Assembly (NCBI GenBank): GCA_038065195.1
Contig: JBBTRL010000042.1
Coordinates: 17,735-50,414, forward strand
Reading direction: 5' to 3'
From: Patescibacteria group bacterium
Lineage (GTDB): Bacteria > Patescibacteriota > Minisyncoccia > GWA2-38-13b
Length of the DNA stretch: 32,680 nucleotides
Part shown: positions 27,000 through 32,680 of the stretch, in pieces
How positions within the stretch are numbered: the first letter of the stretch is position 1
How the letters are laid out: each line of letters begins with the position of its first letter
The notes under the pieces: model-generated
Told to the model about the DNA's origin: nothing
The model's input: the letters and a program-made list of their open reading frames with translations, nothing else
Database searches by the model: none
Position numbers and translations under genes: made by a program

Positions 27000-27389
27000 T
27001 TACCACACTTCGCAAATAATTTCTCCTCCTATTTTATTTTTAATCGCATCTTTATTGGTCATCAAGCCCAGAGGAGTGGAAATTATACTCATTCCATAAC
27101 CATTTAAAATCGGTTTTATTTTATCATATCCGATATAAATTCTTTGCCCGGACTTACTAATTCGCCGTATATTTCTAATAACCGGTTTATTATTCAAATA
27201 TTTTAATGCCAACACTATCTTTCGGCCAATTCCATTACCGCTTATTTCCGCCTGCGCTATATAACCATTATTCAATAACAATTTCGCCAATTCAAATTTA
27301 AAAGCGGAAAAGGGAACATTAACGGTTTCTTTTCCAACCGCCTGATTATTGCGTATTCTTGTTAACATATCGGATATTGGATCGGTCAT
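27000..27389 (-). CDS. rpsH: 30S ribosomal protein S8
   Basis: MTDPISDMLTRIRN, IISTPLGLMT, GGEIICEVW. Confidence 0.98.
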   Translation of the reverse strand: MTDPISDMLTRIRNNQAVGKETVNVPFSAFKFELAKLLLNNGYIAQAEISGNGIGRKIVLALKYLNNKPVIRNIRRISKSGQRIYIGYDKIKPILNGYGMSIISTPLGLMTNKDAIKNKIGGEIICEVW

Positions 27390-27393
27390 TGCA

Positions 27394-27457
27394 ATCTAAA
27401 GTCTAAAATCTAAAATTTAAAGTTAGATTTAAGATTTTACATTTAAAATTTAAAATT
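27394..27457. repeat. Heptamer ATCTAAA-type direct plus inverted repeat tract
   Basis: ATCTAAA GTCTAAA ATCTAAA ATTTAAA, then TTAGATT TAAGATT TTACATT TAAAATT TAAAATT. Confidence 0.7.
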
Positions 27458-27478
27458 GAATTACCTTTGGCAACGAAT

Positions 27479-27664
27479 TTACCATGAAGATTTTTTAATT
27501 CCGGGAATCTCTCCCTTATTCGCCAATTCCCTAAAACAAATACGACATAGATCAAACATTCTCATATAACCGCGTCTCCGCCCGCACCTAAAACATCGCC
27601 GTATGATACGAGTTGAATACTTTGGTTTCTTTTTTGCTTTTGCTATCCAAGCAGCTGTTGCCAT
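27479..27664 (-). CDS. rpsN: 30S ribosomal protein S14, Zn-binding type Z
   Basis: [26 protein letters not shown]. Confidence 0.97.
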   Translation of the reverse strand: MATAAWIAKAKKKPKYSTRIIRRCFRCGRRRGYMRMFDLCRICFRELANKGEIPGIKKSSW

Positions 27665-27683
27665 AAATATTTAAACTATTAAT

Positions 27684-28226
27684 CTATTTACTTTTTAACG
27701 GAAATCCCAACGCTTCAAATAATACTTCCGCCTCCTCTTTATTTTTAGCACTAGTAACTATATTAACTTCCAAGCCAAAAATTTTTCTTATATCATCAGA
27801 TGAGGCTTCCGGAAAAATTACATGCTCCTTAATCCCAATATTCAAATTTCCATTCTGATCAATATTTTTCCTGTCAATACCCCGAAAATCACGACTCCTC
27901 GGAAAAGCGATATTAATCAAACGACACAAAAAATCATACATTTTATTGCCATGCAATGTAACTTTCAAACCGGCGGGCATACCTTGCCTAATCTTAAAAG
28001 CGGAAATTGATTTTTTGGCCGCCACCAAAACCGGCCATTGTCCGGTTATCAAACTTAAATCTTTCCTGATATCCTCAATCATACCGCTCTCCTTGGCTAT
28101 TCTGCCTATGCCCGTATTTACTACAACCTTGATTATTTTCGGACAAGACATAATGTTTTTATAACCCAACTTCTCCAGTATCGCCGGTACCGCCTCTTTT
28201 TTATATTTTTCCTGTAAATCAAACAT
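27684..28226 (-). CDS. rplE: 50S ribosomal protein L5
   Basis: KVVVNTGIG, ITGQ, FKIRQG, RDFRG, IFPE. Confidence 0.97.
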   Translation of the reverse strand: MFDLQEKYKKEAVPAILEKLGYKNIMSCPKIIKVVVNTGIGRIAKESGMIEDIRKDLSLITGQWPVLVAAKKSISAFKIRQGMPAGLKVTLHGNKMYDFLCRLINIAFPRSRDFRGIDRKNIDQNGNLNIGIKEHVIFPEASSDDIRKIFGLEVNIVTSAKNKEEAEVLFEALGFPLKSK

Positions 28227-28254
28227 TTTTAATTTTATTTATACAATATTCCGA

Positions 28255-28560
28255 TTATATTTCCTGATTGCATTTCTTGCAAATTCTGTATTTTTTATTC
28301 TCCGTTATTTTATATCCTATTCTCGCGGCTTTACCGCATTTTGAACAAACTAATTTAGCATTAGAAGCATCAATGTATCCGGGAATTTCCAATCGCTGAC
28401 CCTTTTCTCCTTGGCGCTTTGGACGCACATGTTTCTTCATTATAAACACTCCTTCCACCATTATTCTTTTTTTGTTCGGCAAAACACGAAGAATTTTCCC
28501 CTTTTTTCCCTTATCTTTTCCGCTTATTATTAAAACCGTATCTCCTTTTTTTAATTTCAT
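28255..28560 (-). CDS. rplX: 50S ribosomal protein L24
   Basis: KKGDTVLIISGKDKGKKG. Confidence 0.97.
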   Translation of the reverse strand: MKLKKGDTVLIISGKDKGKKGKILRVLPNKKRIMVEGVFIMKKHVRPKRQGEKGQRLEIPGYIDASNAKLVCSKCGKAARIGYKITENKKYRICKKCNQEI

Positions 28561-28641
28561 AGAGTAATCACGAATATACGAATGTACACAAATATACGAA
28601 TTCGTATATTATTTAAAATTTGTGTATTCGTGAATAGTCCT
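28561..28641. repeat. Family C spacer element, copy 2, between rplN and rplX
   Basis: CACGAATATACGAAT...AATATACGAATTCGTATATT...TATTCGTGAATAG; homologous to 26911-26999. Confidence 0.85.
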
Positions 28642-29007
28642 TTAAACTATTTCACTGGCCATTGAAACGATAGTATCATAACCCCTTTCTTTAATTTCTC
28701 TCGGTATCGGCCCGAATATGCGCCCACCTTTCGGTTCTTTCCCGTCCAACAAAACAACAGCATTATCGTCAAATCTTATATATGAACCGTCTTTTCTTCT
28801 AAACTCTTTTCTTTGTCGCACAAGAAGCGCCTTAACAATATCTTTTTTCTTTACAGCTTTTCGTGGTAAAGCTTTTTTCACCGAAGCGACGATTACATCT
28901 CCTATTCTAGCATAACGCCGCCTTGTTCCGCCCAATACCTTAAAACACTGGACCATTAAAGCTCCCGAATTATCCGCTACCCTAAGTTGTGAACGAGGCT
29001 GAATCAT
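28642..29007 (-). CDS. rplN: 50S ribosomal protein L14
   Basis: [34 protein letters not shown]. Confidence 0.98.
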   Translation of the reverse strand: MIQPRSQLRVADNSGALMVQCFKVLGGTRRRYARIGDVIVASVKKALPRKAVKKKDIVKALLVRQRKEFRRKDGSYIRFDDNAVVLLDGKEPKGGRIFGPIPREIKERGYDTIVSMASEIV

Positions 29008-29010
29008 TTG

Positions 29011-29328
29011 TTATATATTTTCTTTTTTTTTATTATTAATTAATTGTTTTACAATCCACCTTTTTTCTTTTGACAATGGCCTACACTCTTCAATTACAAC
29101 CCGATCTCCAATCTTATATTCATTTCCTTCGTCATGAGCTTTAAAATTCTTACTGACAGTAAAATACTTATGATAACGAGAATGCTTTTTAAGAACATCT
29201 ATTCTAACCACTATAGTCTTGTCCATTTTATCGGATACCACGATGCCCTTAAGCCGCCTTTTTTTTATTACATTATCGGTGTTTTTTATATCCACCCCGT
29301 TAGAAATTTTTTGCCCTTGTGATTCCAT
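29011..29328 (-). CDS. rpsQ: 30S ribosomal protein S17 (start ATG 29328 or GTG 29295)
   Basis: [30 protein letters not shown]. Confidence 0.96.
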   Translation of the reverse strand: MESQGQKISNGVDIKNTDNVIKKRRLKGIVVSDKMDKTIVVRIDVLKKHSRYHKYFTVSKNFKAHDEGNEYKIGDRVVIEECRPLSKEKRWIVKQLINNKKKENI

Positions 29329-29396
29329 AAAATTCTTTACTTAATTCAATATTATTATATTTTCCCGCAAAATCAATAATAAGATTTCTAACGGGG
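29295..29396 (-). mobile_element. Family A start-codon element, copy 5, at the rpsQ start
   Basis: 13-bp TIR CCCCGTTAGAAAT/ATTTCTAACGGGG; perfect flanking duplication ATGGA|...|TGGA. Confidence 0.92.
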
Positions 29397-29403
29397 TCCA
29401 TAT

Positions 29404-29607
29404 TTATTTTTCGCGCGATGAAACGCTTTTAGATTTTAAAACGGTTAAAATTCTGGCAATATCTTTTTTTGATTTCCCGATATCGGAAGTATTTTTAACT
29501 TTCCCCTCATTTAAATTAATTCTCAAATCAAAAAGCTTTCTCCTGTTTTCAACAAGCATTTTTTCCAAATCTTCGTCCTGTTTTTGTTTTAATTCCGCCA
29601 CATTCAT
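29404..29607 (-). CDS. rpmC: 50S ribosomal protein L29
   Basis: ELK..EDL, LFDLR, KKDIARILT; operon position. Confidence 0.93.
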   Translation of the reverse strand: MNVAELKQKQDEDLEKMLVENRRKLFDLRINLNEGKVKNTSDIGKSKKDIARILTVLKSKSVSSREK

Positions 29608-29613
29608 TTTATT

Positions 29614-30024
29614 TTACTTATTTATAAATTTCGTTTTAACAGATAATTTATGACCCGCTTTCCTAAAAGCTTCCATTGCCGATTCCTTGGTTATACCGTC
29701 AATTTCAAAAATAATTCTTCCGCTTTTTACCGGCGCCACATAATACTCAACGGCTCCCTTTCCTCCGCCCATTCCCACCTCGGCGCCCTTTTGCGTTATC
29801 GGCTTATCCGGGAAAATCCGTATCCACATTTTTCCGCCTTTTTGACAAAAACGCACAAGCACTTTTCTGGCGGCTTCAATTTGACGCGAACTTAACCAAC
29901 CGTTACTTTGCGCCTTAAGACCGAAACTTCCGAAACTTATATTGTTTCCCCGAGTACTTATACCGCCAAATCTCCTTCGTCCCTTTTGCCATTTTCTATG
30001 TTTTACTTTTTTAGGAAACAGCAT
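29614..30024 (-). CDS. rplP: 50S ribosomal protein L16
   Basis: [33 protein letters not shown]. Confidence 0.98.
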   Translation of the reverse strand: MLFPKKVKHRKWQKGRRRFGGISTRGNNISFGSFGLKAQSNGWLSSRQIEAARKVLVRFCQKGGKMWIRIFPDKPITQKGAEVGMGGGKGAVEYYVAPVKSGRIIFEIDGITKESAMEAFRKAGHKLSVKTKFINK

Positions 30025-30027
30025 AAT

Positions 30028-30735
30028 TTATTGATTACTAATATTTTTATCGCTTGCTTCCGTTTTTTTATTATTAAATATTTCTCCTTTATATAACCAC
30101 ACTTTAACACCAATCACGCCATAAGTAGTATAAGCGCCCGTTTGAAAATAATCTATATCCGCCCTCAAGGTATGTAACGGTATCCTCCCTTTGGACAACC
30201 ATTCAGTCCTCGCTATTTCCGAACCGTTTAATCTTCCGGATAAAGATATCTTAACGCCTTTTATACTTTTATTCTCCATCGCTTTTTCTATTATTTTCTT
30301 TAAAATACGACGAAAAGGCAAGCGTCTTTCCAGATCGGAAGCCGCTTCATACGCCAATAACGATGCGTACGCTTCCGGATTACGAATCTCGCGAATTTCT
30401 ATCTTTATAACCGGCATCTTAAAGTCTTTAACCGACTTTCGCAAATTGAATATAATAGACTCAATCTTCTTTTTTATATTTTCTATGCCCGAACCGCCAC
30501 GACCGATTAATATCCCCGGTCTGGCCGTATTAACAAAAATATTGATTAAATTAACTGTCCTTTCAATCTCTATTTTTTGTATGGCGGCATCTCGCGATAA
30601 TTTTCCGTCAAAAAACTTTCTAATAGTAATATCTTCTTTCAAAAAATGCTTGTATTTGGCAATATTAAACCAACGAGATGTCCAATCTTGTATAACTCCC
30701 AAGCGAAATATTGTCGGATGAACTTTTTGACCCAT
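30028..30735 (-). CDS. rpsC: 30S ribosomal protein S3
   Basis: MGQKVHP..FRLG, RPGILIGRGG, GRLNGSEIAR, PLHTLRADIDY. Confidence 0.98.
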   Translation of the reverse strand: MGQKVHPTIFRLGVIQDWTSRWFNIAKYKHFLKEDITIRKFFDGKLSRDAAIQKIEIERTVNLINIFVNTARPGILIGRGGSGIENIKKKIESIIFNLRKSVKDFKMPVIKIEIREIRNPEAYASLLAYEAASDLERRLPFRRILKKIIEKAMENKSIKGVKISLSGRLNGSEIARTEWLSKGRIPLHTLRADIDYFQTGAYTTYGVIGVKVWLYKGEIFNNKKTEASDKNISNQ

Positions 30736-30741
30736 ATTTCA

Positions 30742-30776
30742 ATTTAAAAAATAAAATCTAAAATTTAAAATCTTAC
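30742..30776. repeat. Degenerate heptamer ATCTAAA/ATTTAAA tract
   Basis: ATTTAAA AAATAAA ATCTAAA ATTTAAA ATCTTAC; same unit as 27394-27421. Confidence 0.5.
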
Positions 30777-30807
30777 TATAAATCATCGTCTTCGCGGACA
30801 AAACTCT

Positions 30808-31356
30808 TTATACGCTTTTCCTTCTAAAAAATTTCTTACCAAAACTCTTTAATTGCTTGCTTGAAAACTTTTTTTTCACTTCATCAGACGACCCGTACGA
30901 TTTCCCCGGAACATAACCAACGCCGGAATGTTTATTATCAATATCGGTCTTTTCTCGTTTAATATTTGAAACAACATCTGTTTCTGCCTCATTAATCTTA
31001 TTTTTATTTACTTTAACCTCTTTGGTCTCTAAAATCAAGTTAATATGACTTATTCTTTTCATAATAGGATACGCTCTCCCCATAGCTCGCGGAAAAAATC
31101 TTTTTAAGGAATGCGGCCCCTCGTCCACTCTTATTTCCTTAATGTGCAATAAACTGGCATCCTGAACATTAAAATTTATTTTAGCATTAGCCTTAGCCGA
31201 CCTTAAAAGTTTAAGCACCGGCAATGCTGATTTTTTATCGGAAAACATTAACTGGCGTTCAGCTTCGCCAAAAGACGCGCCACGAATTAAATCGGCCACT
31301 AATCTTACTTTTCTCGGCGCTATTCTTATATTGTTTAACGAAGCTTTAATTAACAT
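30808..31356 (-). CDS. rplV: 50S ribosomal protein L22 with C-terminal extension
   Basis: RIAPRKVRLVADLIRG, LLRSAKANA, PRAMGRA, SHI; about 70 extra residues after the domain. Confidence 0.96.
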   Translation of the reverse strand: MLIKASLNNIRIAPRKVRLVADLIRGASFGEAERQLMFSDKKSALPVLKLLRSAKANAKINFNVQDASLLHIKEIRVDEGPHSLKRFFPRAMGRAYPIMKRISHINLILETKEVKVNKNKINEAETDVVSNIKREKTDIDNKHSGVGYVPGKSYGSSDEVKKKFSSKQLKSFGKKFFRRKSV

Positions 31357-31384
31357 TGTTTAACTGATTATACTATTTTTTATA

Positions 31385-31720
31385 TTATTTTGTTTTTTCC
31401 GCCGTTCTGGCGACTTTTTCCGCTTCCACTTTCTTTAACTCCAATTCTTTCTGCATTTTGCCTCCATGCCTGACAAATTTCCGTGTCGGAGAAAATTCTC
31501 CCAATTTATGCCCAATCATTTCTTCTGTAATAAACACCGGCAAATGATCCTTCCCGTTATGCACACCAAAGGTAAAACCAATCATTTCGGGAATAATCGT
31601 GCTGCTTCTTGCCCATGTCTTAATAATCTCTCCTCCTTTATTATTCTTAACGGAAAGTTTAGATATTTTTTTTAATAATTTTTGATCCACAAACGGACCC
31701 TTCTTTAATGATCTAGACAT
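31385..31720 (-). CDS. rpsS: 30S ribosomal protein S19
   Basis: [37 protein letters not shown]. Confidence 0.98.
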   Translation of the reverse strand: MSRSLKKGPFVDQKLLKKISKLSVKNNKGGEIIKTWARSSTIIPEMIGFTFGVHNGKDHLPVFITEEMIGHKLGEFSPTRKFVRHGGKMQKELELKKVEAEKVARTAEKTK

Positions 31721-31738
31721 AATTTAATTTATTTTTAC

Positions 31739-32563
31739 TTATTTTTTCCTTCTCTTTATAATAAACTTACTTGATCTTTTGCGTTTATTTCTAGTTCTGA
31801 CTCCCAACGCCGGTTTCCCCCATGGCGTCTTGGGATGCTTCAATCCGATTGGCTGTCTACCTTCGCCTCCGCCATGCGGATGATCAACCGGATTCATAGC
31901 CGAACCGCGAACATGCGGTCTTATACCCAACCACCGCGACCGACCCGCTTTTCCCAACACAATTGAACTGTGTTCAATATTACTTATTTTACCAATACTC
32001 GCCATACATTTTTCCGACACCATTCTTACTTCGCCGGAAGGCAAAGATAAATGACTATAACCGCTTTCATTTCCCAATACATGGATTAAAGCGCCGGCCG
32101 ACTTTGCCAATTGCCCTCCCCTACCAGGCTCCAATTCAACATTATGAACTTCCATACCAATTGGAATATTTTTCAACTGCATTCTATTGCCGATTTTTAT
32201 AGACGCTTTTTTTGAAACTATTATTTCATCGCCAATTTTCAACCCATCGGGCGCCAAAATATATCTTCGCTCGCCGTCTTGATAATTTACCAATATTATT
32301 CTCGCCGTTCTGTTTGGATCATATTCTATTGATTTTACTTTGGCCGGAATATCAAACTTATTCATCTTAAAATCAACCATTCTATATCGTTGTTTATGAC
32401 CCCCTCCCTGCCCTCTTACCGTAATTTTACCGGTTGAATTTCTACCTCCTTGTTTGGCGATAGACATCAATAAACTCCGCTCCGGCTTTTTTTTAGACAA
32501 ACCGCTAAAATCGTAACCGAGCATCGCTCTTCTTGATTTTGTTGTTGGTTTATAATGTTTCAT
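31739..32563 (-). CDS. rplB: 50S ribosomal protein L2
   Basis: GRNSTGKIT, IEYDPNR, GKAGRSRW, VRGSAMNPVDHPHGGGEG. Confidence 0.98.
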   Translation of the reverse strand: MKHYKPTTKSRRAMLGYDFSGLSKKKPERSLLMSIAKQGGRNSTGKITVRGQGGGHKQRYRMVDFKMNKFDIPAKVKSIEYDPNRTARIILVNYQDGERRYILAPDGLKIGDEIIVSKKASIKIGNRMQLKNIPIGMEVHNVELEPGRGGQLAKSAGALIHVLGNESGYSHLSLPSGEVRMVSEKCMASIGKISNIEHSSIVLGKAGRSRWLGIRPHVRGSAMNPVDHPHGGGEGRQPIGLKHPKTPWGKPALGVRTRNKRKRSSKFIIKRRKK

Positions 32564-32680
32564 GCCAATTTTCTCAGCGAAGCAAGTCCAAAGGACGCAG
32601 CTGAGATGTTAGAAAATTGAGCACCCCGCCTCTTTTCCATCCATGTATGTTCATTGTCCATGACACTGAGGCGAAGCCGC
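32564..32680. other. GC-richer structured non-coding segment directly upstream of rplB (truncated by the window end)
   Basis: CAATTTTCT/AGAAAATTG, TCTCAGC/GCTGAGA, GTCC-AAA-GGAC and CGCCTC/GAGGCG stems; no rplW-like reading frame seen. Confidence 0.55.

Noticed and set aside
26911-28641. Repeat-rich spacers considered as a CRISPR array
   Set aside because: There is no repeat-spacer periodicity, the units are about 8 bp, and no cas genes are present.
943-32202. Numerous 60-216 aa ORFs antisense to or overlapping the main genes (e.g. 15643-16293, 30191-30721)
   Set aside because: They are shadow frames of well-supported genes with no motifs or RBS.

Overview
AT-rich bacterial window using genetic code 11. 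It is most consistent with a Patescibacteria/CPR (Parcubacteria-like) chromosome: rpmD/L30 is absent between rpsE and rplO, and a DUF5667-type secreted protein is present. Genes are an HtrA-like protease, dnaE, thrS, miaB, gatB, rnhA, recJ, pgk, a proline dehydrogenase islet, tpiA, galT, a degenerate GT2, map, adk, secY and the S10-spc ribosomal cluster from rplB to rplO. The main signal is non-genic. Five 95-131 bp elements bounded by CCCCGTTAGA...TCTAACGGGG inverted repeats all sit exactly at start codons (dnaE, miaB, rnhA, pgk, rpsQ). They appear to duplicate the TGNA of ATGNA, so the element's last G rebuilds a GTG start, and they give unrelated proteins an 'SNGV'-ending N-terminal leader. 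Several other small palindromic or 7-8-mer repeat families occur in frame inside housekeeping genes (gatB, thrS, dnaE) and in ribosomal-operon spacers. No transposase, rRNA, tRNA or CRISPR array was seen. All assignments come from motif recognition by eye; no database searches were run.
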